This document shows, one piece after another, positions 30,704-42,543 of a DNA stretch of 64,000 nucleotides (the stretch's first letter is position 1; each line of letters opens with the position of its first letter). The translations under genes were made by a program, and so were the position numbers. A model generated the notes under the pieces. The model saw only the letters and a program-made list of their open reading frames with translations, was not told the DNA's origin and made no database searches. Origin of the DNA: an uncultured delta proteobacterium (GTDB lineage: Bacteria > Desulfobacterota > Binatia > Binatales > Binataceae); NCBI GenBank assembly GCA_963774705.1, contig CAVZFW010000002.1:283236-347235 (forward strand). Reading direction: 5' to 3'.

Positions 30704-32070
30704 ATGCCGACCGATCAACTGAACCAGCTTCCGATGCTGATGCGTCTCGGCGTCGCACTCGCGATCGGCTTGATGATCGGACTGGAGCGTGGATGGGAGT
30801 TTCGTGAACTGCATACGGAGCAGCGGACCGCGGGTTTGCGAACTTTCGGTGCGATCGGCTTGCTCGGCGGCGTCGTTGCCGAACTCGGAGGCGATCACGG
30901 CGCGCTAATAATCGCGGCGATAGCGCTCGCATTGGGAATAGTGCTAGCGGCGGGCTACTGGCGCGAGTCCGAGATCGATCGCAATGTTAGCCTGACGACC
31001 TCCATTGCTGCGCTTGCCACCTACGGCCTGGGAGCGCTCGCCGGGCGCGGTGAACTACTCGCCGCATCGTCCTCGGCGGTGGTCCTCACGATGTTGCTCG
31101 GTTTCCGTCCGGAGCTGCACAGCCTGATTCGCGCGATCGATCGCGAAGAGCTGCTTGCGACCTTCCGGCTACTGTTGATTTCGATCGTGTTGTTGCCGGT
31201 GCTGCCCAATCGCGGCTACGGCCCGTGGGGGGCGTTCAATCCCTTCGATATCTGGTGGATGGTCGTAATGGTGGCCGCCGTCTCTTATGTCGGCTACTTT
31301 CGCGACCCGACTGATGGGTGCGGAACGCGGCATTCTGATTACCGGATTGTTCGGCGGCTTGGCTTCATCGACGGTCGTGGCGCTGAGCCTCGCACGACAG
31401 GCCGCTCGACGATTTGCGCGCGCCGAATCTGCTGGCCGCGGGAGCGACGATCGCCAGTGCGATCATGTGGCCGCGAATCTTTCTCATCGTGAGTGCGGTG
31501 GCGCGGAACCTCGGCTGGGAGTTGGTCTGGCCACTGGGCGCTGCAATGTTAGTGGCAATTGCCGCGGCCCTCTGGATCGCGCATCGCGGCCGGAATGAGG
31601 AAACGGCCCTCGCGGACGGCGGCGAGCAGATGAAAGCAGCCAATCCGCTCGACCTCGGCACGGCGCTTCGCTTCGGATTGATTCTGACCGCGATAATGGT
31701 TGCTGCGCGAGCAGCGAGCGCGTGGGCCGGGCCTTCCGGGCTGCTGCTGGTAGCGGGAATCTCGGGTTTGGTGGACGTCGATGCGATCAGTCTTTCCGTC
31801 GCCACCATGAGTACCCATCAGATCGTCGCACCCGCCGTGGCTATTAGTGCGATTCTCCTGGCCGCCGTGGTCAATACGGTGCTCAAGGCCACGATGGCGC
31901 TCGCGATCGGCGGCGCTCCGATGGGACTGCGCTTCCTGGCCGCGTCGCTCGCGATGGTCATTGCATGCGGCGCCGGTTGGTTGATTGCGACTGCACCTGG
32001 TGTGACCCCGAATTCTCTGTGCAGACATTGTGCGCGAACGCCCCGTGGTCCCGCCGAAGAAAAGAAGTAA
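30704..32070 (+). CDS. MgtC/SapB-family membrane protein with DUF4010 (frameshift near 31300)
   Basis: GLMIGLERG, AGLRTF, LPVLPN, GGLASST, GLVDVDAI. Confidence 0.85.
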
Positions 32071-32180
32071 TTCGTCTCGTAATAAACATTTAACAACAGG
32101 CGCTCGATCGCGCGCTCGCCTGTTGATTAACTCGATCGATCGATGAATGACTTCGGCCATTGCGCAGGTTACGTTTAGTT

Positions 32181-33719
32181 ATGCGGCTGGCCGCGATCGA
32201 CGTCGGTTCAAATTCCGTCCACATGCTCATCGCAGACGTGAGCCGCGATGGGCATATCGAGGTTCTCGATCGGGTCAAGGAAATGGTCCGGCTCGGGCGC
32301 CGATCCTTTACCACCGGCCGTCTGACCGAAGAATCGATGGACCTGGCGATCCGCGCGCTGATTAACTTCCGCCGTCTGCTACAGGTCCGACGAATTCACA
32401 AAGTGCACGCGGTGGCGACCAGCGCAGTGCGCGAGGCGCGCAATCGGGCCGCCTTCATGCGGCGCATCCACAAGGAAACCGGGCTCGCGGTCGAAGTGAT
32501 CTCAGGTCGCGAGGAAGCGCGCCTGATTTTTCAGGCCGCGCGTCATGCACTGGGACTAGAGGGCGGCCCGTTCCTGCTGGTGGATGTGGGCGGGGGCAGC
32601 GTCGAACTCGTGCTGGTCAAGGACGGGCGGCGCCTGTGGATGCATTCGGTGAAGCTCGGCGTGGCGCGCATGAGCGAGCAATTCCTGACCGACGATCCGC
32701 CGACCGCAGGTCAACGTCACAGCCTCGAGAAGCACCTGCAAGCGGAAATCGGTGAACTGATGCGCTCGGCGCGTAAAGCCAAGGTGGTCAGCGCAATCGG
32801 GACTTCCGGAACGATCAACACGCTGGTCGCAATGGCGCGGGCGGCGCGCGGCGAGGAGTTGGGCCGTCTTCATGGCGCGACCGCATCAGCTGCCGAAGTC
32901 GCCCGTCTTGCTCGCGAACTATGCGAAGCGAACGCGGCCATGCGTATCGACTTGCCTGGGATGGATGCGAAACGGTCCGACCTGATGCCGGCGGCGGGCA
33001 TCCTTACCGATTTCGTCCTGCGCAAATCCGGCGCCGCCGAACTGATGGCGTGTACCTGGGCGCTGCGCGAGGGCGTGCTGCTGGGCCTGGCGCAGAAGAC
33101 CTCCGGTCGCACGACGACCGAGGCGCGGCGACGCTCGGTTACGATGCTGGCGCGGCGCTTTTGCGGCTCCAACGAGCACGGCAAGCAGGTCGCGAAGCTC
33201 GCGCTCAAGCTCTTCGACGCGACCGCGCTATTGCTTGGCCTGCCGGCCCCCGCGCGCGAACTGCTCGAATACTGCGCCCTGCTGCACGACGTCGGTCACG
33301 CGATCGACCATGACCGACATCACGGCCACACCTACTATCTGATAAAAAATGCCGAGTTGCTCGGTTTTGAGCCGACCGAGATCGAGGTTATCGCGCAGGC
33401 CGCGCGCGGCCATCGGAAACAGGCGCCAAATCTCGACTCCGTGGAACTCCACGGCCTCGGTCCGGGAAAACGCCGCGTGGTGCGTGGGCTCGCTGCGATT
33501 CTGCGCGTCGCCGACGCTCTCGACCGCAGCCATTTCGGTGTCGTGCACGGCCTCGATGTCCGCTATTCGCCGGGCCGCCTGATCATCGAAGTGGCGTCGG
33601 ATCGCGATAAGGCTGATCTCGAACTCTGGACTGGCGAGCGGCGCACCGACTTGCTTGCAAAGCTGCTCGACCGGCGGGTTATCCTGCGCCAGGAACAGTC
33701 GCCGCAGCCGCACGGCTGA
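32181..33719 (+). CDS. ppx: Exopolyphosphatase Ppx/GppA with HD domain
   Basis: AIDVGSNS, ATSAVREA, SGREEARL, DVGGGSVE, ALREG, LLHDVG, ADALD. Confidence 0.95.
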   Translation: MRLAAIDVGSNSVHMLIADVSRDGHIEVLDRVKEMVRLGRRSFTTGRLTEESMDLAIRALINFRRLLQVRRIHKVHAVATSAVREARNRAAFMRRIHKETGLAVEVISGREEARLIFQAARHALGLEGGPFLLVDVGGGSVELVLVKDGRRLWMHSVKLGVARMSEQFLTDDPPTAGQRHSLEKHLQAEIGELMRSARKAKVVSAIGTSGTINTLVAMARAARGEELGRLHGATASAAEVARLARELCEANAAMRIDLPGMDAKRSDLMPAAGILTDFVLRKSGAAELMACTWALREGVLLGLAQKTSGRTTTEARRRSVTMLARRFCGSNEHGKQVAKLALKLFDATALLLGLPAPARELLEYCALLHDVGHAIDHDRHHGHTYYLIKNAELLGFEPTEIEVIAQAARGHRKQAPNLDSVELHGLGPGKRRVVRGLAAILRVADALDRSHFGVVHGLDVRYSPGRLIIEVASDRDKADLELWTGERRTDLLAKLLDRRVILRQEQSPQPHG

Positions 33720-33867
33720 AGCTGCGCCGCTTTCCACAAGCTCAGCAGCCGTCTTGTGGATGGTGACGCTGCCAAACCTTTCATCCAGACGACGAAAGCC
33801 CTACGATCAATTTCGTGCACCCCGACTCGCACAATTCAATTTCTAAAGTGCTGAAGGTTGCCATCTG

Positions 33868-35043
33868 ATGGCGGCCGCCATCGTCATAAGTGCTCCCCGG
33901 GCATTTATCGCGCCGGATTCCTCCATCGCCGATTCCGCTCGCCTCGTGCTGGCGACTGGCGTCGTCGCACTGAAACATCATGAGACGGCCGCGATGGCTG
34001 GCGAAATCGAGCCGATCCATCAGATGCGCGTGTCGCTGCGCCGCCTGAGGGCCACCGTCGCGCTGTTCGCGACCGTGATTCACGGCTCACGCAGGCGCAT
34101 ATATGAGCGCGAGCTCAAGTGGCTGGGCGGGGCCGCGGGAGGTTTGCGCGATTGCGACGTGATGGGCGAATTGCTGCGCGACGGCAGCGCTCATATCGAT
34201 CCGGTGCTCGCCGCTGCCTTGGCGCCTGTGGCCAAAGCGCTCGCCGTCCGTCGCGACGCGGAACTCTCACTATTCGCCGAGGATCTTCGTACCAAACGTT
34301 ACCAGCGGATGTGCGAGCTGTTCGCCGACCCCCTACTGCGCCGTGCGCTGCCGCCAACAGATGTCGGCTGTCACGCGCCCGCGATGATCGCGCCGATCGC
34401 GCGCAAAGTGCGCAAGGCCGGCAAACTTATTACAGCTGCAGATGTGCCGCCCGCCTTGTTCCATCGCCTGCGCGTGCGGGTCAAGCGCCTGCGGTATGCC
34501 TTCGAAATGCTCACCGGGATGGGCGGTAAACGCGTGCGCCGGGCTCTCGCTCGCCTCGAGCAGATGCAGGAATTGCTCGGCGCGCATCAGGATTTGACGG
34601 CCACGCTGGCCTGGCTGCACGCCTATGCAGAAAGTGCCCAGGACGTTGCGCCGGAAACTCTGATGGCCGTCGGTGCGCTAGTCCAGACGCTCGGCGAACG
34701 ACGCCGAAAGCTCGTGGCGCAAACCTATCGCCGTTGGAGGAAGGTGTCGCGCGCGGGCTTTATCAATGACGCGCTCAAGGAAATTTCTCGCCTCGCGCAG
34801 CGGCGTTTGAATTCCTTTCGTGAGGCACAGGCTGAGGCCGTCCATCAGGCGCAAGCCGAAGCCGATCGTCATACGCAGGCCGCAATCGCAACGAGTGTCG
34901 ATGTTGCACCGGATCTCACTCCGGATCAGATGGCCGCGAATGCCGTCATAGCGGATCCAATTGCGCTTGCGTCCCTCGATACGCGCGCTCCCGAGGTGGC
35001 TGCCGAATTGCCCGCCACGCTGCATGATCATAATCACCACTGA
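33868..35043 (+). CDS. CHAD domain protein (polyP binding)
   Basis: IHQMRVSLRRLR, LRDCDV, FHRLRVRVKRLRY..E, QELLGAHQD. Confidence 0.9.
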   Translation: MAAAIVISAPRAFIAPDSSIADSARLVLATGVVALKHHETAAMAGEIEPIHQMRVSLRRLRATVALFATVIHGSRRRIYERELKWLGGAAGGLRDCDVMGELLRDGSAHIDPVLAAALAPVAKALAVRRDAELSLFAEDLRTKRYQRMCELFADPLLRRALPPTDVGCHAPAMIAPIARKVRKAGKLITAADVPPALFHRLRVRVKRLRYAFEMLTGMGGKRVRRALARLEQMQELLGAHQDLTATLAWLHAYAESAQDVAPETLMAVGALVQTLGERRRKLVAQTYRRWRKVSRAGFINDALKEISRLAQRRLNSFREAQAEAVHQAQAEADRHTQAAIATSVDVAPDLTPDQMAANAVIADPIALASLDTRAPEVAAELPATLHDHNHH

Positions 35044-35049
35044 GGCGAC

Positions 35050-35551
35050 ATGATTCTCTACATAGTTCGTCACGCTCTTGCGGAGGAGGCGGCCGCCGGT
35101 GGCGACGACGCGCGCCATTTGACGGAGATTGGCCGCCAGCGCACCCAAAAGGCCGCCGCCGGAATCCGCGCGCTCGCGATCGAATTGGACGTGATTCTGA
35201 CGAGTCCGATTGCGCGCGCTGCGGAAACCGCCGCGATCATCGCCGAAGTCTATGACAATAATCCCGCCCCGCGCGCGCTCGATGAGCTCTCGACCGGCGT
35301 GCCTGCCATAGATGCGATTGCCGCACTAGCACCCTTCGGCCGCGACGACAGCGTGATGATCGTGGGGCACGAGCCGCAGTTGAGCGCGCTCATTTCGATC
35401 CTGCTGAGCGGAGAGTCCAATGGAATGCATCTGCGGATGCGCAAAGGCGCATGCGTCGCGCTGGATCTGCCCGCGAAAGGCATTGAACCCGGCGCCGCCG
35501 AATTACATCTGGATGATGACCCAGCGCCAATTACGCAAGCTTCGCAAGTAG
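35050..35551 (+). CDS. sixA: Phosphohistidine phosphatase (indel near C-terminus)
   Basis: LYIVRHA, SPIARAAETA, VGHEP; probable end WMMTQRQLRKLRK* at 35551. Confidence 0.88.
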
Positions 35552-35698
35552 CCCTCGCCCCGTCGGCAGGCTCGTTTCCGATATGTGCCAGCATTGCGGA
35601 ATGCCGTCGCGCGGAAAAGTCGGTTGCTCGCGTAGGCCTCTTGTGATTGGCGCGTCGCGGACGTTACCCTAGAAGGTCGTAAAAGCACCGCCATCATT

Positions 35699-37476
35699 AT
35701 GTACCCACGCCAACGCGCCCTCGAGCGCATCGCCAACGAAAAGGTGCTATACGAGCGCCAGCCCGGCGGCGATATCGGCGTATGCGTCATCTATCCGAAC
35801 ATCTATCGCCTCGCGATGGCGAATCTCGGTTTTCAGGCCATCTTCCATATCTTCGAGTCGGACCCGCTGGTCGCCGCCGACCGCGCCTTTCTGCCCGACG
35901 CCGACGAACGTGCCGCGATCCGGGCGCGCACCGTCCCGATGGTATCCTTCGAGCGCGGACGCCCGCTCACCGATTTCGAGATTCTCGCCTTCTCGATCTC
36001 CTTCGAGACCGACTATCTCAATCTCATCTCGATGCTGCGGATGGCGGGGATTCCGCTGCGTCGCGCCGATCGCGCCGGACGCAACTATCCGCTGGTGATC
36101 GCGGGCGGCTCCGCCATCTTCCTCAATCCCGAACCGATCGCCGACTATGTCGATCTTTTCCTGATTGGTGAGGGCGAGGAGATGGTCCCGGAGTTTCTCG
36201 CGGCCTATCAAGGCGCGCGCGCGACCACCGGCAATCGAGGCCGCCGCGGCTGCGCGACCTCGCAGCCGTCGAGGGCGCTTATCTGCCCGATTACTTCACA
36301 CCGATGCTCGACTCACGGGGGCGTATCGAGAGCGCTCGACTACAGCGGACCGGGCGAGCCCAGAGTCAGCCGACGCCTGCTCGAGCGATCTCAATCGCTT
36401 CACGACCTCGTCGTTGATTCTCACCGAGGAATCCGTCTTCGGCGACATGTTCCTGGTCGAGGCCAGTCGCGGATGCCAATGGGGTTGCCGTTTTTGTGCG
36501 GCCGGCTTCATGTACCGTCCGATTCGCTATCGCACTCCCGACAAGATCATCGCCGAGGCGCACTCGCGGTCTGACCGAGCGCAAGGTGATCGGGCTGGTC
36601 GGCGCCGAGATGGCGAGCGTGCCGGGCGTCGCCGATATCGCGACGGCTGTCGCCGACGCGGGCGGGCGGCTTTCGCCGTCGTCGCTGAAGGCCGATTGCA
36701 TCTCGCCGAAGCTCGCGGCCGCGCTGGTCCGCAACGGCGCCCGCAGCGTGACCGTCGCGCCCGAGGCGGGCAGCGAGCGGATGCGCAAGGTCATCAACAA
36801 GAATCTCACCGAAAACGAAATCCTCGCGCCGCCGACATGCTGGTCGGCGAAGGTGTCGAAAGCCTCAAGCTCTATTTCATGATCGGCCTGCCCGAGGAGC
36901 GCGACGACGACGTGCTCGAAATCGCGCACCTGACCGGGCGCATTCTCGAACGCGCGCGGGCGCAGAAAAAGCGTGTCGGCCGTGTCACCGTTTCGCTCAA
37001 TCCGTTCGTGCCGAAACCGTGGACGCCGTTCCAGTGGGATCCGATGGAGGACGCCGCGAGCCTCAAGCGCAAGATCGCGTTGCTGCGCACGGCTCTCGGA
37101 CGCATCGGCGGCGCCGGGATCGAACTCGACGCGGAATCGCCGCGCGAGGCGTATTTCCAGACGCTGGTCTCACGCGGTGATCGGCGCGTCGGCGCGATTC
37201 TCGAGCGGCTCAGCGAGCGCGGTTGCGACGACGCCGGCGCCGATTTGGCATGAGCTGCGCGCGATCAAACGCGAAGCGGGCGAGGGTGCGCGGGCCTGCC
37301 CAATCCCGATTTCTATGTCACACGCGCACTACACCCACGACGAACTGCTGCCGTGGGATTTCATCGATCATCACATCCACAAATGGTTTCTGCTGTCGGA
37401 GCGCAAGAAGGCCCATTACGAACATCAGACCAAGCCCTGCGATGTCACTCGCTGCACGGTTTGCGGTGCGTGTTGA
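35699..37476 (+). CDS. Radical SAM protein, TIGR03960-like (several frameshifts)
   Basis: YPNIYRLAMANLG, SISFETDY, GEGEE, EASRGCQWGCRFC, APEAGSERMR, KLYFMIGLP, PFVPKPWTPFQW, C-terminal CxxxxCxxCxxC. Confidence 0.85.
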
Positions 37477-37497
37477 AAAGATCCTGGAGACGGGGCG

Positions 37498-38220
37498 ATG
37501 GCTACGCGAAGCAAACTGACTTTGACGGCGTTGACGGCGCTATGCGCCATCGCGATAGCCGCGCCCGCCATAGCGCAGACCGGCGCGGAGTATCCGCGCA
37601 CCGGGACGGGAGTCTCCACAGTCCCCGGCGGCGGCATGGGTGGCGGCGGTATCGGCGGCGGATCGATTACCGGCCCGGCGCCGAGCGGCAGCGGCGAAAC
37701 CAAGACTACGGAGATTCCCTACAGCGGCTCTCCCGACGACGACCTTCCGCCGTCAGCTCGTCCCGCTCACCCTCCCGTACATCGCCGAGTAAAGCATCGC
37801 GCCAAAGCTTCCCCTGTGGACACGAGTCGGATCGAACCCGCGCAGGGACATCTCAAACTGTCCGAGGATTCATGGGCATACGAGCGTCCGAGCAAATCGA
37901 GCAAGCATATCGAGCAGGTGCACGCCGGCAAATACGTCAACGTGATGGGTACTTCGAAGTATTTTGCGCTGGTCAAACTGAAGGGTGGCGAAATCGCCTA
38001 CATTCCCCTCACCGCACTGCAATTGCTGTCGCCGACCGACAAAATGTTCCTGCTGACCAGTGATGCGAATGTCCTTACGGCGCCAACTCATGGATCATCG
38101 AAAATCGCGGAAGTCCACAAAGGGCACGACGTCCACGTTGTCGGGATCGCGCTCAACTATCTGAAAATACGCATGAAGGACGGAATCGAGGGCTACATCC
38201 CGATCAGCGCTCTCCAATAG
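37498..38220 (+). CDS. Secreted tandem SH3b-domain protein
   Basis: Signal peptide; two repeats ending YFALVKLKGGEIAYIP and YLKIRMKDGIEGYIP. Confidence 0.75.
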   Translation: MATRSKLTLTALTALCAIAIAAPAIAQTGAEYPRTGTGVSTVPGGGMGGGGIGGGSITGPAPSGSGETKTTEIPYSGSPDDDLPPSARPAHPPVHRRVKHRAKASPVDTSRIEPAQGHLKLSEDSWAYERPSKSSKHIEQVHAGKYVNVMGTSKYFALVKLKGGEIAYIPLTALQLLSPTDKMFLLTSDANVLTAPTHGSSKIAEVHKGHDVHVVGIALNYLKIRMKDGIEGYIPISALQ

Positions 38221-38441
38221 CATTGGATTAGGCGAGCCTCGCTAGGGGGGCGCATCTGCGAATAATCTTTTCTGCTGTATCAGCGCTGCAACAGCACGGT
38301 CAACACGCCACCGATTTGCAACTATTTTCAAAGATATACCTAACATACGACAGAATTACATCTATTAGCATGACAGGCTATGTATAGTGACGTCCAAGCA
38401 GCCGTGAGAACGTATTCTCACATGGCTGGGAGGATAACCAA

Positions 38442-39059
38442 ATGGGCTTGCCGCTCCTGAAAACCAACGGATTATTCGCGAAGGACGCCGATGGCAGGTT
38501 ATTGTTCTTTGCCACGCCTACGGCCAAATCCGCATACGTCGTGCCTGACTTCGGTCGTGAGGACGCGCTCCGCACACTTAGCAGATACTGGGGGCTCTGC
38601 GAGCTGTTCTCCATCGCCCTAGTGGCTCCCATAGCAGTGCATTTCGGTGGCCCGGTTGGATTATTGCTGGCCTTTGCGGTCTTCGCCGTGGGCTCGCCGA
38701 TCGGCTATCACTTCGCACTGAAGGAAATTCTCGCGGAACTCGAAACCGTGGTTCACGAGCCGCTCGATAACGATCTTTTTACGCGCAGCCTGCCCAGCCT
38801 CCTGCGAACGGTCGCCGACGAGACTCACGCTGGACTGCTCTGGTTGTGCGAGTTGGTATCGATCGTGCCGGTGTTGGGTGCGCTGCTGATGCTGCTTAAC
38901 GCGCATCACGCTCATCACGTAGCCGGCGCTCTGGTCGCGTTGGTTTTCTTTGGCGGCGCTTCGATCGCCGGAGCCTACATGATCTCGATGAAGCACCGTG
39001 GCGTCGCGGTGGTCGAGACGCATTCGTTCCCCGAGCACAGCGTGGCGGTCACCCGCTAA
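38442..39059 (+). CDS. Hypothetical membrane protein (about 4 TM)
   Basis: GGGAGG RBS, four hydrophobic segments. Confidence 0.7.
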   Translation: MGLPLLKTNGLFAKDADGRLLFFATPTAKSAYVVPDFGREDALRTLSRYWGLCELFSIALVAPIAVHFGGPVGLLLAFAVFAVGSPIGYHFALKEILAELETVVHEPLDNDLFTRSLPSLLRTVADETHAGLLWLCELVSIVPVLGALLMLLNAHHAHHVAGALVALVFFGGASIAGAYMISMKHRGVAVVETHSFPEHSVAVTR

Positions 39060-39146
39060 GGGAAGTTCGATCGATTCCGACTGGACCGCACTCTGCGAAC
39101 GCCCGGACTTCGGTGTTACAGGAGCAACGGTCCAGTCGGTTGAGAC

Positions 39147-39860
39147 TCAGAAGGTATAGACAGCTCGAAGCAGAACGTTATTGGTATAGTAATCCGGACT
39201 GATCTTCACATCCTGGCCGGCCACGGTTTGGTCGAATCCGGGGCGCAACGTTCCGAAGTACCGATACTCAGCCGCCATACTCAGGTGCGGGCAGACGGGA
39301 ACCGAGACACCCGCGATACCCTGGTAACTAAAGACCGCATCGGTACCGCTGAATGGACCGACATTCGATGCACCCGCGAAGCGCGCATTATTGAGCGCGA
39401 TGCTCGCCTCGCCTAAGCCGCCACCGATGTAGGGCGTGAACGGCGTGCTGTTGAGAAAGCGGTAATAGCCATTCAGCATCATCGCGTAACTATGCACGTC
39501 TCCACCCAGCGTGATTGGCGACGAGGTCGCGATTCGATCGATATGGTTCTGTCGAAAAGTGAATTCGAATTCACTCGCGAAGCCGCGTGCCCAATGTTGA
39601 TCCCATTGATAGCCGACGGCAGCTCCCGCCAGCCAGCCAATGTTGTAATTGGTGTGGGCGTTCACGCTCGCCGGAGCGGCGTCTGACGAAACGCGTGCCG
39701 TTTCATTCCAGGGAATCGTCGCGCCTCCATGCACATCTGCGTAAAACCCGTCCGCTCTGGCGATAGCGCTCGATGCGATAATCGCGAGCGAGGCAACACC
39801 TACCATAAGAACGTTACGAAACTGCTTGTACAAAATTTCACCTCTCCTCAACATAAACAA
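39147..39860 (-). CDS. Outer-membrane beta-barrel protein (OmpA-TM/Opa-like)
   Basis: Signal peptide, TPYIGGGLG, YQGIAGVS, AEYRYF, C-terminal YTF; start uncertain. Confidence 0.85.
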   Translation of the reverse strand: MFMLRRGEILYKQFRNVLMVGVASLAIIASSAIARADGFYADVHGGATIPWNETARVSSDAAPASVNAHTNYNIGWLAGAAVGYQWDQHWARGFASEFEFTFRQNHIDRIATSSPITLGGDVHSYAMMLNGYYRFLNSTPFTPYIGGGLGEASIALNNARFAGASNVGPFSGTDAVFSYQGIAGVSVPVCPHLSMAAEYRYFGTLRPGFDQTVAGQDVKISPDYYTNNVLLRAVYTF

Positions 39861-40225
39861 ATTTCACCCAACTCAAAGGTATTCGATCGAGTGTGCCTAA
39901 GCTACGCAGCCGGTATACCAGACAGCAGCGGCCCTTGCTTAGCTACTCCGACCTTTAGTGCCTTTTCGCCTTCACGCTAATGAGTTAAACGGCGCACCCA
40001 AGTGAGAACTTGCAATAAATTCCCATGGTCTCATCGGCGATTTTTCGTTCGCGATGTTGACTGACGAGACAACGGTAATCGCTTCGCATGCATAGGCGTC
40101 GCGAGTCCCCAACGACTAACCGCGGGCTCATAGTAGGCGTTACCGGTCTTAGAAGTTATGCGGATAAGACGGCCCGTTGCTGTGAGCAAAGTACGCATTG
40201 CGCGACGCTCACGCCGCAGAATCTG

Positions 40226-40850
40226 TTAAGTGGTGGAGTGAGACGTAATCGACAGCAGCGCCCGCACCTTGGCGGGGATGTCGGAGGAGCGGACCACGTC
40301 GCTGATGATTGCGGCGGCGTCCGCGCCCGCCGCCAGGACCTCGGGCATCGTCGCTTCGGTTATGCCGCCAATCGCTACAATCGGTAGGTTCACTGCTTCG
40401 CGCACCACGCGCAGTCGTCCGAGTCCCTGCGCGTTCGCGACCTGCTTCAAACCGCCCGAGTAGATCGCGCCAAAGCCAATATAATCGGCGCCGCCGGCCG
40501 CGGCCACGCGAGCCTGTTCGACATTGTGAGTCGAGACCCCGATGATCGAATCCGCCCCCATGATTGCGCGCGCATCGGCGAGCGGCAGATCGTCCTGACC
40601 AACGTGCACGCCGGCGGCGCCCGCGAGTTTGGCGATATCGGCGCGATCGTTGACTATGAGAATGGCGGCCTGCGTTACGGCAGAGCGCGGCGATCTCGCG
40701 TGCCGCCGCCAGAAAATCGCGGCTGCCGACATCTTTGAGACGTAGTTGCAGGATGCGCGCGCCCGCCTCCAGCAGAATCCTCGCGAGTGCCACCGGGTCG
40801 TGACCACCAGCCGTATCGACCATCGCGTAAAATCGTGAGGGCAGCTTCAT
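40226..40850 (-). CDS. thiE: Thiamine-phosphate synthase (one frameshift)
   Basis: LQLRLK, IVNDRAD, GVHVGQDD, IGVSTH, ADYIGFG, PIVAIGGI. Confidence 0.93.
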
Positions 40851-40863
40851 CGGATGCGCCTGG

Positions 40864-42324
40864 TCAGGGTGGAAGGATCTTTTGCGGCACGATCCGGTGT
40901 TCGGTCAATTTTTTGCGCAACGTGTTGCGGTTGAGGCCAAGGATCCGCGCGGCGTGGACCTGGTTGCCGCCGGCGCGCTCGAGCGCGATCTCGATCAGGG
41001 GTTTCTCCAGCTCGCCGACCAGCTTCTGATACAGGTCGCGGGCTTCCTTGCCGTTGCTTTCGACCATTTCCGCGATTCGACGCGCGATGAGGTCGGTGAG
41101 TGACGCACCGGCGTCAAGGTTGGAGCCGGAAGCGCGCACGCCGCCGCGACCGAGTTCAATGTCGTCGGCTTGGACAGTATTGGTCGGCGCCAGCAGGCTC
41201 GCGCGCAGGACCGCGTTTTCGAGTTCGCGAACATTGCCGGGCCACGAGTAGTTCAGCAGCTTGGCGCGCGCCTCGGGGCTGATGTAGCGCGCATTCGCAC
41301 CCATCTCGCGGATCGCCTTGCCGATGAAGTAGTCGGTCAGCTCGGCGATATCCTCGCGGCGTTCGCGCAAGGAGCGGCAGGTCGATCGGAATCACCCGCA
41401 GGCGGAAATAGAGGTCTTCGCGGAATTTCTTCTCCACCACCGCTGATTTCGAGGTCCTGGTTGGTCGCCGCGATCACCCGCGCCTGCATCCGCAAGGTCT
41501 CGAAGCCGCCGACCCGCGAGAACTCGCGTTCCTGCAGCACTCGCAGCAGCTTGGGCTGCAGCTCGACCGGCAGATCGCCGATTTCGTCAAGGAAGACCGT
41601 GCCGCCGGACGCCTGCTCGAACTTGCCCGCACGCCGCTCGGTCGCGCCGGTAAAGGCGCCGCGCTCGTGGCCGAACAGTTCGCTTTCGAGCAGTCCGTGC
41701 GGAATCGCCGAGCAGTTGACGGCGACGAACGGCCCCCGCCATCGCGGCGACTTGAAATGGATCGCCCGCGCCACCAGTTCCTTGCCGGTGCCGCTTTCGC
41801 CACGCAGCAGCACCGTTGCGTCGTTGTTCACCACGCGCCCAATCAGCTTGTAAACCTCCTGCATCGCGGGACTGCGCCCGATCATCTCACCGCCGACGAG
41901 TTGTCGATTGACCTCGTCCTTCAGGCGGTTGATATCCGCCGCCTGCGCCGAAATCTCGACCGCCCGAGCGACCGCCGCGGCCACCAGATCGAGATTCTCG
42001 AACGGCTTGGTCAGGTAGTCGTGCGCCCCGCGCTTCATCGCCTCGACCGCGTTGTTCATCGTGCTGGCCGCCGTGATCACGATGATCATGGTCCGGCTCG
42101 ATTGCTCGCGCGCAGCCGACAGCACCTCGAGGCCGCCGATGCCGGGCATCATGATGTCGAGCAGGGCAACCTTGTGGCGATTGCTCAGCAGGGCTTCGAG
42201 CGCGCTTTGACTGTCGGCCGCTTCCTCGACTCGTAGCCCGCGGCTTCGAGCCGATGGTGCAGGACGAGGCGGATGCCGGGATCGTCGTCGGCGACCAATA
42301 TGGGCGCGTGATGCGCTGCGGCAA
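40864..42324 (-). CDS. Sigma54-dependent response regulator, NtrC family (frameshifted)
   Basis: [51 protein letters not shown], Fis [14 protein letters not shown]. Confidence 0.92.
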
Positions 42325-42543
42325 TCGTTCAAGTGATGATCATCCGGGTCGGTCTGCATCGATGCAGCTTACGCCGCTATCGTAGCGTAATGGTCCGGTG
42401 GTGGGCGAGATACCGTGGGAAATATCGTGCAGATTACTGGCGTCGAATCTCAAATGAACGATTTGGTCGGGTTCTATCGGGAGCGGATGCTGAACTGAAT
42501 CGCTCTCGTCATCGGCTTTCGAGGAATGAGTAGTCCGGCGCAC

